A DNA stretch of 64,000 nt from Lama guanicoe (taxonomy: Eukaryota), in NCBI GenBank assembly GCA_013239625.1, contig MU054049.1, positions 569,015 to 633,014 of the forward strand, given 5' to 3'. Made by a program: the position numbers and the translations under genes. This document shows positions 1 through 12,330 of this stretch, piece after piece. The notes under the pieces were generated by a model. It saw nothing but the letters and a program-made list of their open reading frames with translations, was not told the DNA's origin and did not search any database. Each line of letters starts with the position of its first letter. Position 1 is the stretch's first letter.

Positions 1-1065
1 AAACCAATAAGTTCAACAAGGGAAAGTCCTTGTGATCTCCAAGGTCCGCTAACCTAGGCAAGGGTTGGGGAAGTGATGGAGTACAGACATCAGCAGCTCA
101 TAAATAGGCCAAAGTGATACTCAGGGATTCCTGGGTAGTGGAGGAATTTGACTAAATAGTGAGGTCTTACCCAGGCCTCATTATTTCCAACCTTTATTTT
201 CTTAATGTAAACCTCCTGTTACATCTGCTGAGTTCTTATGGAGGAACTCTGTTTAGAAATATTGGAAATTTTTCTTGAAAAGATTCATCTCTTAAAACTA
301 GGGTAGGACCCTGGAATGAGCAGATCTGTTGGTTACTGACATCAGGACCCCCTCAAGATTCTCCAGTTGGTTTAGGGGAGCAGAGAAAAGAAGAAAGAGG
401 TAGGAAGAAGGTTTGAAGGGCACAGAGCATGGAGGGAAGATGAGATAAAATCAGGTTGGAGAGAATGAGTAGTGGCTGGAGGTTGAATGGGGTTCCTGAG
501 GATTCCAACCAAAGACACCAAGGCCCCCAGGACAATAGAAATGTCCCATTTCAACACATGTCAAGCATTCTCCAGATGCTTTCTTTGCTGCTGTCTGTAC
601 TGCACCACTGCCCTACTGTAGTAGCTCTATGGGACTAGTCCAACACATTTTATACCTGGCTCTGGGCCAGTGAGGATCATGTTCAAATATGGAGACATTC
701 AAACAGAGCAATAGGGAAACATTATCAGGCTCCACCCTAAAACACCGATATCTGACCCTGGTCTCTGCCCTGTACCTCCACCCTCCCTACACACACAAAC
801 ACGTGCACATGTGCAAACACACACACACATAGAACCAGGAACTGCCTCCCCTTCTCCTATGGGAACTCAGGCTCCTGATGGTTCCTGCCTGCCCCAGGGG
901 AAATGTAACCAAGCAAACTAGAAAGCACCCTTCTTTCTGCCTACCTATATATTCGGAGAGTTTTGAAAGAACCAGAAATATGGGGGCAATTAGTAGCAGG
1001 TGATAGCTTTTAGTTGTAATTTTTCTTTACTTCTCAAACTTTAGTTTGGCTGTTTCTCCTATAAT

Positions 1066-1325
1066 GTGTGTGTGTATGTATGTGTATATATATATACTGA
1101 ACCCCAGGCCCCTCTACCCCTCTATCCTTGGCCAAGATTTTACGTGTGTGTATATATATCTATACTATATCACTCATCACAAGATTTTATTTATGTATAT
1201 GTGTATATATACATCTATATATTACATATTATACGTATAATGTGATGTGATATCATATCGATAATAGATACCATATATCATGATATATATGCAGTATATA
1301 TAATAGATATACCATATACAAATAC
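1066..1325. repeat. (TG)n/(TA)n-rich low-complexity microsatellite region
   Basis: Runs such as tgtgtgtgtgtatgtatgtgtatatatatata and repeated atagata(ta)ccatata units. Confidence 0.85.
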
Positions 1326-1339
1326 ACAATGCTGAATAC

Positions 1340-1831
1340 TCTTTGTCTCTGCAAATAGATCCACTCTCCACCCTCTCATCTGCTCTGCGCTTGGGGCGTG
1401 AACATCTGTATGGACTGTATTGGTGGACTCCCTGGCCTTCTGCTTGTGGCTGTGTTTGGACAATGGGAGGCACTGGGCAATGGCAGGAGACAGAGGATGA
1501 GAGACAGGGTGTGCATTCACTCCCTGCCTATTTGTTGAGGGCTGTCTGTATCCTTCTACCACAGACCACAGCTCCTGTCACCACAGACCACAGCCCCTGT
1601 CAAGTGGCTCTTTCCTACAGCTTCCCTGGCTGGATGCTGAAAACCACTCCTTTCCTTTGCCCCTCCAGACCCAGGTGTGGTTAAGGCTCCCAGGTTGTTG
1701 CTAGCCCTTGGATACTGCATGACCACCTGGTGGATTCCTTTAACCCTTCCCACACCTCTGGAAATAGCCCTTTATTAAACTCTCCTTAATTACTCCGTTA
1801 CTTATTTCCTCTGGGGATAGTGTCTGATACA
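1340..1831. mobile_element. ERVL-class solo LTR, LTR33-like
   Basis: Resembles the recalled LTR33 consensus: gatccactctccaccct..., cccacacctctggaaatagccctttattaaactctcc, ending ...tctgataca. Confidence 0.6.
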
Positions 1832-2299
1832 AACATATAATGCAAATGCCTTGCAGAAGTCTTAATAAAATTAAAAGTTAACCTCCTTGATGAGCAAGGC
1901 AGCTTCCACCCCTCAGCCTCATCCTTGAGGTAATTCCTTGCTTAAAGCTGAGCTTGTCCGAGCCATCTCACCTGTCTCCACCTTCACTTGAACCTTGCTG
2001 AGGGGAAACAAACCAATCAACAGCAATGACCTCCTCCCCCAGGATTCCATGGAACACTTCTCTCCCTTCCCGACCTTGACCGCCTTTGGCCTCCCTGAAG
2101 ACAGAGCTGCCTTTTCAGTCCTCGTAGCAAGTGCTGGCATTCATTCCCCAGGGTCCAAGCCCCTCTGTTTTGAGAGGTCTGCTATTTCTTTGCCAAGCTT
2201 TCCTTCTGCCATTTCCTTATTTCCTGACATTCACAAGGTATTTGGGCATGTTTCTATCCTGTATCATACAATCACTCTGGGTAAATTCACTGCCCAAAG

Positions 2300-3560
2300 C
2301 AGGGCCAGCTATATAATTGCAGACCTGGTACAAAATGAAAACAGAAGACCCCTGTTCAAAAGCATGGAAAAAAATACCATTCAAAGTACTAAAGTATAAA
2401 TCTTTTTCCTTTAAAGTACTTTACTTATAAAATATAATGAGGTTAATAATGATTCATGAGTAACAGCATAAATCTACAAAATGCAAAAAAGATTGTACTT
2501 TTAGTGCCATAATTTTACATTATTTCATACTATTTGTTTTTGATATCATAATTTTTATAATGAAATATAATACTTTATTAATGTGGTATCTTGATTGATC
2601 ATAGTAATTTCTGGGTCATTTTTCTGTAAATTTATTTGTCAGGTCATCAAAACATAGTTTTAACAACTTTTTAAAAATCAACTTTCAAGGAAATATACAC
2701 AAGATCTTATGGTAGCTCACAGAGAAAAAAAATGTGACAATGAATATATATATGTTGATGTATAACTGAAAAATCGTGCTTTACAACTTTCAATGGATAC
2801 AATTTTTTGGATATACTTGAAAGTGACATCAGTTGCTCTTGGCAAGTGAAGACTACAAGTAATTTTTGATAATTTTAAACTTTGAGAAGAATTTGTGGAT
2901 GCCACGGCTGCTGGTGCTGTTTAGCATATTTTATAGCCTGTGGTAACATCAGGATATATTTTTGATAAATTTATTTAAAATCATAAACTTTAGTATATCT
3001 GGAACTGATGATTATTAAGAAAGAACTTTCCCAGAAAGATTTAAGTCTTTGTAAAAGGTAGTTTTATATAAGTCCTATCATTTTAAATGTAAATTTAGGC
3101 AATATCATTTTAGCATTTCCTCTGATATTTTCTGTAACTTGTGGAAGGTGAACAAGAAACCAAAAGTGGCTTCACAATTTGTGTATAATTCAAAACACCT
3201 ATCTGTGCATTATTGCTGTCTTGCTGTGTCATCGATTACAAGGACTAATTAATTTTAAAATTATCTTCCTCACTAGGAATTGGTTCACCTGCAGCTTCAT
3301 GTGAAAATGGTATCCTTTTTCATTGAATAAAACAATGCTTAATTTTTATTTCGGCAGAAATAAGCCTGTAGACATTTGCTTTGCCACGTTGTAGCAGTTT
3401 TCAAAACCAGGTATTCTAAACTCTTTGAAGAACTCTAGTAATTCCCTGATACACTTTATCGCAATGTCTATGTTGTATCTTTACTTTGTAAAAAACTACA
3501 ATTTTGTAGTAAACAAAGTTAACTGTCTGAGTATGGGCAGTGTCTGTCCTTGAGTTCAGG
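2300..3560 (-). mobile_element. hAT-Tip100 DNA transposon fossil (Zaphod/MER91-like) with decayed transposase
   Basis: Left end CAGGGCCAGCTATATAATTG...CAAAATGAAAA...CCCCTGTTCAAAAG resembles the MER91/Zaphod terminus. Minus-strand 3474-3361 translates NIDIAIKCIRELLEFFKEFRIPGFENCYNVAKQMSTGL. Minus-strand ~2955-2790 gives frameshifted YPDVTTGY..PAAVASTNS..LKL/KIIKNYL..CQEQLMSLSSIS..SIE, resembling the hAT C-terminal dimerisation motif (PVTVASAERSFSKLKLIKNYL). Confidence 0.75.
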
Positions 3561-6029
3561 TCAAAGCCTTCATATTTGTGCAGATGCCCCAGGGATGGGC
3601 TCCGGAGAATGATGGGAAGTTGCCTCCCCCTGGGGTCCCAGCCCTGCGCTCACACAGATCCCCTCGTCTCTCCTGGGCCATAGCCAGTTCTGCCACCACC
3701 ACTGCTGCTTCTATTACTGTTGCCATTGGATTTAGTCATTAACCTGGATCCTTTTGAAAGTGTGGGAAGTATTATTAATAATTACACCGGAACAGCAAAT
3801 ACAGACTGGGCCCATCCTGGACGACCTGGGACATCTGGTCAAACTACTTGTCGAACAGAAAAAGCAAACTGTACCTTGACTACTCACTTTGAGGAATCTT
3901 TAATTCTACTTTAGACCAATAATTCACAGTAGTGAGCATGCCTAGGGGCTGCTCCACGTCGGAAACTTAAACCACGTTATCTCATCTTATTCCTCTCTGT
4001 CCCTCTCCCTCTGGCATGCCCTTATGTGCACTGCTAACCATTCTCAGTCCTAAAGTACCCAAAGCCCTTGCTCCTTGTGTGAATTTTGCCCCAATCTATT
4101 TGCCCTCCACTTGGCCTCACTGGCCTTCCTGTCCGGCCCAGACCCCAGAGTCCTTATCCTGATCCTCTCAGGAGTACTTTCAATTTCCTTGCCCTCAGCC
4201 TTTCCACTTGACGTGCCCAGGAAAACCCAGCTCCTGGATACACCCCTTCAAGTATCGTCTCTATTTCTCTGACTTAGCAAGGATTCTAGAGCTATGCCCT
4301 TATATATGCCATTTTGAATCCTGGCTTTTCGATGGCAACTGAGTAACTCAATAATCCTTGAACTCATCTTTTACTTGGAGCTCTTAGACTTCTTCCCTCA
4401 GGCCTATAAGCTTGTGGGGCTTTTTGGGGGTGAGGAGAAATCTAGTGCCTTGGCAAGTCTCCTCGGGGGATTTTGTTTTTTGTGTAGTGTTTTTTTGTTT
4501 TTTGTTTTTTTTTCTTTTGTGTTTAAAATCTCTGCTCCACAGGCCAGCTCTTGGTGTTTTGTTTTCTCTTTGGCTTGCCTCTTTCAGCCCTGTCCAGTCT
4601 TTCTCTCAGGGCTGCTGACCTCTGAAACAACGGGGAAATTCTGCCTCCCGGGTCCTGATGCCCCAGCCTGCTGTTGAGGGTAGGTTGAGCCAGGTGTCTG
4701 AACGTGATGTCACTCTGCATGGTCCCATCTTCTCTAAGTGTGTGGGTATGTGCCCACGCAAGGGGATCCAAACAGGATGGTCCCCATCTCTTCCCACTAG
4801 CTAGAGATGAAGATGGAAGGGGGGATGAAGATGAAGTGAGAGATGGAGATAGAGGAGCAATGGAGATGTAGCCTCCCTAAAACTTCCAAGGGAGAGGGAC
4901 CAGTAATGAGATGCTCTTTTTCTCTCTGCCATGGGACCTAGACAAATCTTCTGTGCAATTACAGGAGTTACAAATGGCAAAATTCCACTGGGCTGGAAGA
5001 AACTGGAGATGAGGGGATTGTAAAGGAGGCAGAGAATCCTTGTTGAGAGATGTGATGAAAACACTTCTTCCTAAATATATATTTATTTAAAACAACAGCA
5101 AGGATTTTATTTATTGTTACAGGACTTTAGTGACATGTTCTTCCCATCCTATTCAATTCCCATTGTACTTTTCTCCAGGGGATAAATATTGACTATCTTC
5201 AATATGTGGATGTGGATGGATAGAGGGCAATTTAGCATAGGTATGTCTAAGCTGTGGGAAGTAGGGGCAGAATATTAGGGGAAGAATGCCAATAATAAAA
5301 GAATTCCTTAGCTTTTCCTCTTTTTCTGAGCCAGCCCCAGTAGGTTCACAAGGAACCATAATACATTAACAAAGAACAATGCCATGAAAAGGAAGGAGGA
5401 GGCCAGAGTCCTGTCTGGGTTACAAAAAGGGTTTTGAATCTGCAGAATATCAGGGATGATTATATTCAATCACAAGTAGTGAAATGCCTTTTGAAATCAA
5501 ACACATGCACATACACACATGTAAACCTGCAGGACATCCTTTCTAGATGTAGATAATTGGAAGCTGACAGTGGCAGGCTGGTGCTAAGTCTGAAACCCTC
5601 TCTGCTGAAAGAAAGAGAGGCTATTAATAACATTATAAAAACTAGCATGAACCTTGGGAGCTCTGTTCTGCCATACCCCTCATCTCACAACTGCTCTGAT
5701 TATACTGTCTTTTGTTACCTTCAGGTCTTTAATGTTATCTGATGGGGAACAGGAGGTATCTGTCAATGCTTCCACCTGCGTGTCCAATCACACAACCTCT
5801 ACACCTCCCCCGGCCCACCCTCCCAGGAAACTTACAGTCATGCTTTTTCCTTCTATCTCACCTTTCCCTCTCAACAGTCTTCTTATCAGACGTAAAATAT
5901 GTTTGTGTCTTTTTTCACTGCCTGACTCATCAATATCCACCATTTCATTTTCAATCTCTCATTCATTCCTCAGCCCACTCTAAACCGCTTCCGGATCTAA
6001 GTATCCCAGAATTTTAAGCCTCCTCTTAT

Positions 6030-7160
6030 ATTTGATATTATTGATCACTCCTTCTTTCTTGAATCCCTCTCTCCTGGTTTTCCTTCTATCTCCTGGTAGC
6101 TCCTTCTCAGTTCTTTGTTTTCTTAGCCATGCAGTGCTGAATTCCTGAAGTCTGGCTCCCTGCCCTCTTCTTTCTCTGGCTCACTACCCTTCCTTCCTCA
6201 GGCCTAGGCTAGCTCATCCACACCCGAGGCTACAAGTCATCACTATCTGTTAATGATTCATCTCTTATCCACCTGAGCCCAGCTCTGTATACCCAACGGC
6301 TTGGCATCTCTTTTGGACAGATCAAAAGGCTTCAACTATCTGCTCTCACAATCTTTCCACTCAATCCCTGTCCTCTTCCAAGATTCCCATCTCAGTGAAC
6401 CAGCACCCACATCCATCGCTGCCTACAAGCAAGAAACCTGTGACTTTTCCTTGATGACTCCCTTTCCTTCACTGCTCATCTAATCTATCGCCAAGTTCTG
6501 TCACTGGATCTCCTAAATGGTCTTCAGATCCTTCCCCTTACTGTTTCCGTGACCATCACCCTGACCAAGCTTCTACCATCTGCCATCTAGACTACTCCTG
6601 TATCTATCTGGCCTCCTTCCAACAAGGAATCTTTCAAGATGCCATGCTGACCATGCCACCCCCTTTGCTGAAGCATGTCAGGGGTTTCCCATTGCATTTA
6701 GGATAAAGACAAGGTTTTCAACATGGGTGGTATGGCTGCACCAGGTTTGGTCCTTTTCCAATCTTCCAAATCAACTCATCTCATAGCCTCTTCTTCCTTC
6801 CTCTTCCAGTGGCACTGATCTGTCCTCAATCTCTCTAATCTGCCATGCTCCACATTACCACAGGACCCTTGCACTCTGTTATGTCTGTCTGAAATATTTT
6901 CTGCCTAGTTAAATCTATTCTCAGTTCAAGAGGCATTTCCCCAAGGAAGGCTTTCCTGCCTTTCTTAATTCCATCAATTAGTTCCATAACACTGGGTATC
7001 CATATCCGTTTGTATTATAATGTGGTGATCATTTTGTAGGTTTACTGTTATTATTTCTGTATTATAGTGATTAAATCTGTAAGCTTCATCATATTGCCAG
7101 TGCTAGCACAGTACCTGGCACAGAATGGATATGTAATACATATTTATCTGAGAAATAAGG
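6030..7160 (+). mobile_element. L2 LINE 3' fragment(s)
   Basis: Pyrimidine-rich L2 body ending in the L2 tail gtgctagcacagtacctggcacag...taatacatatttatctga. Confidence 0.7.
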
Positions 7161-8163
7161 GAAGGAAGGAAATAAGCCTGAGAAGAAGGGAGGAATTGGG
7201 GAGAGAATGCATGAATGTTCACATTTTGTTTCATTTCAGAATCACTGGACATGACGTGGAAGACAGCCTATCTGAATTCACTCATTTATTCAACAAATAT
7301 GGATTATTCATTATTAAAGTAATACACTTTTTTCTGATGATGAATATAATTTGTAAACTATGGAAAAATACTCAAAGAGTAAAAGAGAACCTAGTCACAG
7401 TCCAATGATGAACTACCGTTAAAATAATTTGGCACGTTTCTTTCCAGGCTCTATGTATACATAATACATAACTAGGATCATTCTCTACATATAGACTATA
7501 TATATAGACTTGCTTCTCTTTTAATGATGTATAATGAACATTTTCCTATGTTGTTAAGAATCTCTTGATCAAATGGCATTTAAATTGCTAAAATGGATTC
7601 TATTGCAAGCATGTATGTAATTTAGACATCTTTCCACTCATTGCTGGATATTTAAGGGCTTGCCAATTTGTCACTTCTATAACTAACATCTACGCGCCTT
7701 GTGGGGCCCAGAGACAAATAGGGTAATGCATGGAATCTTGTAGGAAGTGGATTTCGGGAAAGCAGGAGGCAGCTTTTAGCAGACGGTTGAAGAGACTACT
7801 AGCTTGAGGATTGCTGGACCCAGAGCAGGTGTCCTCAGACTGGAACGCACTGCCGGTCAAGGTAAAGAGTTCTTCGTCTCTCAGATGTGTGCCCTGGCCG
7901 GGGTGCCTGCTCCCCGGGGGGGTCTGATCTAAGTGCACCTGACCTTTAAATCCTGGGGCGAGGAGCCCCTGAGGCTTTGGCGCGGACTAGCTGACGGCCC
8001 TTACACACAAACGGGGCGCTCAGGCCACACACCGCCACGTGCCAGGAGGAGGGCCCCACCCCTTCGGCTCCCCGCCACGCCCCTCACACGCGGCTCTCAG
8101 AGGCTCTCTCGGCAGCTGCGCCTTCGGGCGACCCCAGCAAATCCTCCCGGTCCCCTACAGTAG

Positions 8164-8290
8164 CCCCGCCCCCGGACTGAGGGCCCCGCCCCCACGATCC
8201 GGGCCCCAGGGCTGCCCCGCCCCTCGAGCCGCTCGCAAAACGCGGGGGCGGGGCCCTGCGCGATGACGTGCGCGGGCGTGCGCGGTGACG
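8164..8290 (+). promoter_or_regulatory. MAPK8: TATA-less core promoter with four GC boxes (Sp/KLF) and CRE/ATF-like sites
   Basis: CCCCGCCCC at 8164, 8184 and 8215; GGGGCGGGG at 8245; TGACGTGC at 8264-8271; half-CRE TGACG at 8286-8290. Confidence 0.75.
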
Positions 8291-8446
8291 GCCCGCGTCC
8301 CTGTTACTCAGCGGAGCGGCGGAGGCCGGACGACGCGGCCCGGAGCGCGGAGCCGCGAGCAAGGCTGGGTAACGGCCGCGGCGACCGCCGGGACGGCGCC
8401 GGTCCCCGCCGCCGGGCTTTCCTGTCGTCGTTCGCTGCACTGCCGG
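8275..8446 (+). other. MAPK8: Non-coding first exon (5' UTR) of MAPK8/JNK1; TSS approximate
   Basis: The sequence GGTGACGGCCCGCGTC.CTGTTACTCAGC...GGCCGGACGACGCGGC...GCGGAGCCGCGAGCA..GCTGGGTAACGGCCGCGGCGACC...CCTGTCG.CGTTCGCTGC.CTGCCGG closely matches my recollection of the human MAPK8 mRNA 5' end. It ends at a consensus donor CGG|GTGAGT (8447-8452). There is no ATG inside 8275-8446. Confidence 0.8.
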
Positions 8447-10799
8447 GTGAGTGCGGCGGGTGCCGCAGGGCCGGGGCGGCCGGCGGCCCCGCCGTGTTTA
8501 TGTTATTGTGCCGCCGCCGCCGCCTCTCCTCAGCCGTGACCCCCTCCCGGGAGTGGGGCCGGGAGCGCGCGGCAGGCGGGGGGCGCGCGGCCGGCTGGGG
8601 CGGCGCGGGAACAATAGCGGTCGGGGAAGCGGGGCAGGCCAGGGGGCGTGGGGCTGCGGGACTCCGGCGCGCCCTGGCCGCCACCCCCCCGCGCCTGTCG
8701 TCCCAGCTCCGCCCGTCGGTCCTAGCGCTCCCTCCTTGCGCGGGTCCCGCGTCCACGTCGGGAGGGGAAAATGGAGCGGGGGGCGGGTGGCAAGTTCTGA
8801 AACACTTCGGGAAGGTCGGGACTGAGGCTCCCTGGCGGTCCGCCGCGCCCTGGCTACCTCTCCCGGCGGCGGGGAGCAGCGGAGAGCGTTCTGATCGCCA
8901 GGTCTCGAAGCCTGCCCGGCGCCCACGGGGACGGTGTTTTGTTTCTCGGTGGTTTCTTTGTGCTAATGTTCTGGGCAAACGCAGGCGGTGGCGTCGAAAG
9001 GGGCTCGGGTGGCCTTCAGCTCCGGGCCGCGAGGGACAGCCGGGGCCCGTGGCTTCGACGGGAGGTGTCCGTCAAGCTCGGCGCGAGTTCAGTGGTCAGC
9101 GCGCATTTCTCTTGAGGGTCACTCGATGGTGACCTTTTGACTGTTTCACCCTACTCTCCCGTCTCTTTGTCTTGCGTTTGTGTTCCCAACCCTTAGGTGG
9201 TGGAACCAAGTCTATTTTAAAGTATTGTGATGAACATGTTTCATTTTAATTTCTGAAAGTTTCCCATCATATGTTTACTGTGAACTTAATAACACGTTGA
9301 CTGCACGGTATCAATGTCCAATGGTTACTATTTTTACCTCTGAGATTCAGTGATCTTTCCAATTGAATTCTGGTCTGTCAGTCCATTGTGTTTTGAGATA
9401 AGCATTCAGCGAGTACCTCCTTGGTAATTAGAACATCTGTTTATTTCATTCATTCATTCATTCAGCAACTGTTCAGTACTATACCCAGAGTTTGAGGGTA
9501 AAGAGAAACATCCTTTAATGAACGAAGATACTTTGACTGAAATAAAATAGATGTATCTTTAAATAAGACGATTGTATAAATTATGTGTGTTAACGAAGGT
9601 GTATTTACACTCTGTGTCATTTTACTGTTTTTTAGTAGTGCACCTGGAACTTCTAGTGTAATGTTACACATATTAGTAAGCAGAGTTAAATTTGATCTAA
9701 ATGTACAACAGCTTTTATATATTTCTTTACAGTCATCTGTAATGTTTACTTCAGAATCTCCTGCTGTGGGTTAAACCTAGGGGATCAGATGCTATAAGTG
9801 AACATGTTTCGTGTACCTGACATAAACAAGCAATCAAAATGGGACTTCCTTGAGGACAAGTTTGTCTTGGATCTGCGTCTCCAGCACCTAGTCTGGAGTA
9901 TGCTAAGTGTTCAGTAAAAATCAGATGGATGAAAAGTTCTTTACGGTTGATAATATTTGACCTCAAGCCTTTATTAAAAAAGAAAAGAAAAGAAAAGAAA
10001 AAGCATTTGATGTTCTCTGTAAGGTTTTGGAAGCCTCATGCAAACTGTCTTCCCTGCCGCTAAATGATCAGTTCATATTATCGGTCTTGAGAGTAGCGGC
10101 TTTTGAACCACTTCAATATTGGTTTTTTTCCTATCACTTCTGAATCATTGACTCTCCTAAAATTAAAGCTTGTCTAAAATTTTTTTATGTGTGTGTGTGT
10201 CTCTGTGTGGCTTATATACATACAGAGACACGCACACAGAATAATACTTCAATAGGGGTCTAAAATAACTGCATTTGTCCTTTTGTGAATATTGCTTGAA
10301 AAGTTTCTGAATACTCAAAAAGTGGAAAAGTTAGAACAAAGGAAATAAATGGCATGAAAGTTTTATTAGAAATGTTTGTTTTCTAGTAACATTTTAGAAA
10401 TGCTTGTTGGAAATGTTTAATTTTAAATTCTTCCTTTACTAATACTGTTGGTGAGGCATGTGGGCCTAAAACTCAAAATAATACTAATTTATCCACATTA
10501 CATCTCTTTTCTACTCACTGCTTAGTATGTTTTAGCATTTGTTTTGGATGTGAAAGAATTTCAGGTGAGCTTATCATTCTCTGATTTAGAGTACAAATAA
10601 GGAAATAAAATAATACATTATTAAGATAAGGAATGAAAATCTCTAGATACTAAACTTTTATTGCTTTACCTAGTTAACATATGTGAGATTCCAGTAAGAG
10701 TTACTGATACACATTTTCAGTCAGGCTGTATATACATATCAAACCAGAGGGTTTTTTTTTTTTTTTGCTTTGTTTTCTAAATTCTGTTGGTTTTCAAAA

Positions 10800-10985
10800 A
10801 TAACAGCTTTTTCAAGATATTATTCACATACTATAAATTTACCCTTTTAGAGTGTGCGTCAGTGGTTTTTAATATAGTCACAAAGTTATGCACTGATCAC
10901 CACTATCTAATTCCAGGACATTTTCATCACTCCAAGAAGAAATCCCACACCATTAGCAGTCACCCCCCATTCCACTCTACATTAT
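10800..10985 (-). mobile_element. L1 3'-end fragment (L1M-type)
   Basis: acagctttttcaagatattattcacatactataaatttacccttttagagtg...ttccaggacattttcatcactccaa is a typical antisense L1 3' UTR. Confidence 0.75.
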
Positions 10986-12079
10986 CTTTAAAGGAAAAGG
11001 TAGCACTGATTCTTTTAGTAAGCATATTCCATTAATGAGTTTGAAAAGAGCCCCCTTTAAGTGTCCTGGCAGAATAGGAAACAGTAGCCTTCATATTCCT
11101 TTAAATCCTGGGGAAAAAGCCACTGGGAGAGGAAATTAGTTTAAGAATAAATTCTACCGAAATTAATGAAGTTAGAATCTTAAATATTTGCTCGATGCCT
11201 AATATTATGGAAATAACCTTGTGATGATACTCATCCTCAGTAAAACAACTTGAAATAACTTAAGTCACTAATCACAAACTATCCTAGTGGCAATTAAGAG
11301 GTTGTTGAATAGACACCTGATTCTTACTGTCTCACTTTGTCAGTGAGTTCCATTTTGACATATTTGAGTCATCTAGATAGCTGAGATGCTTTGTTGCACG
11401 TGTATAAAATAATGCCTGATACTAAGATGCCAGCTCTCTAGAGGTCTCTGGTCAGGTCAGTGGTATGGATAGTAGCCATTCTGATTCATGTAGTGCAAGG
11501 AAGTCATTATAGCCACATAGTTTTAGATATGAATCATTTGCCTATTTCTGTGAGCTGTGATGCTTATTGTCTTAGTCATGAGCTCCTTACATGAACATTA
11601 AGCAGCTTTGTCTTCTTGCTTCTAATGTGGATTAACTTGAACTTTGATTACAGAAATGAGTTCTGAGTCAACAAACTTTTATTACCTAAAAGGTGACAGG
11701 AGTATTAAGATAAACTGTCCTGTCATTTCAGGGTAATAGGTGGAAATAGACCTGTCCAGGAATCAGACGTGGGTTCACTTCTCATTGCTGTCATCTGGAC
11801 TTTGTCATCAACAGGCTCTAAAGCCATAGACAAGTGGCTTACCTTTTTGGATTTAGAACTGTAAAGGCTTTTGGAACTCTCTTTTTTAATTTTTTAATAG
11901 AAAGATTATTCCTCAGAAAACTTACTAATTGCCATTCTTTTTCAGGGTGGTGGATTATGTCACAGATATAGCAAATACAGCACAAATATATGTCTGTGTC
12001 TCCTGTTACCCTTTGGTGGTGTGTTAGGTTTGGTTAAAATCTGCCAATCCTTTAGAAAGTTAAGGTGCCCAAACTTAAT

Positions 12080-12330
12080 AGTTAAGGTTGCTAGCATGGA
12101 CTTCAGGGTCAGCCTTGAGTTCAATCCATGCTCCAAATCTACCTAACTATATGGCATAGGCTTGTTCTGGTTATGTAACATCTTTGGGCCTGTTTTATTA
12201 TCTATCAGATGAGAGTGATAATAGCACATACTCTCTTAGGGCTGTGAGGTTTATATTAAGGTACTGCATGTACAGTACCTGGAACCCTGAATGTATGTGT
12301 TAAAGAAATTTTAGCTATTGTTGTCACTTA
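12080..12330 (+). mobile_element. MIR SINE
   Basis: MIR-like core: gttaagg..gcatggact...gagttcaatcc...tatctatcagatgagagtgataatagcacatactctcttagggctgtgagg. Confidence 0.65.

Larger units (their letters stand above)
7890..9130. promoter_or_regulatory. MAPK8: CpG island spanning the promoter, exon 1 and the start of intron 1
   Basis: Abrupt switch to very high GC and CpG density against AT-rich, CpG-depleted flanks. Confidence 0.95.

Noticed and set aside
1995..2399. 134-aa ORF
   Set aside because: Non-ATG start, runs into a DNA transposon end, and shows no splice or domain support.
5690..5730. Splice-acceptor-like tract (ctgat...ttttgttaccttcag|g)
   Set aside because: Lies upstream of the promoter with no matching donor or ORF. 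Such motifs occur by chance.
8263..9132. 289-aa ORF and overlapping 224-, 142-, 124- and 118-aa ORFs on both strands
   Set aside because: Low-complexity Arg/Gly/Ala/Pro-rich translations typical of stop-poor CpG islands. The longest crosses a consensus splice donor and has no recognisable domain.
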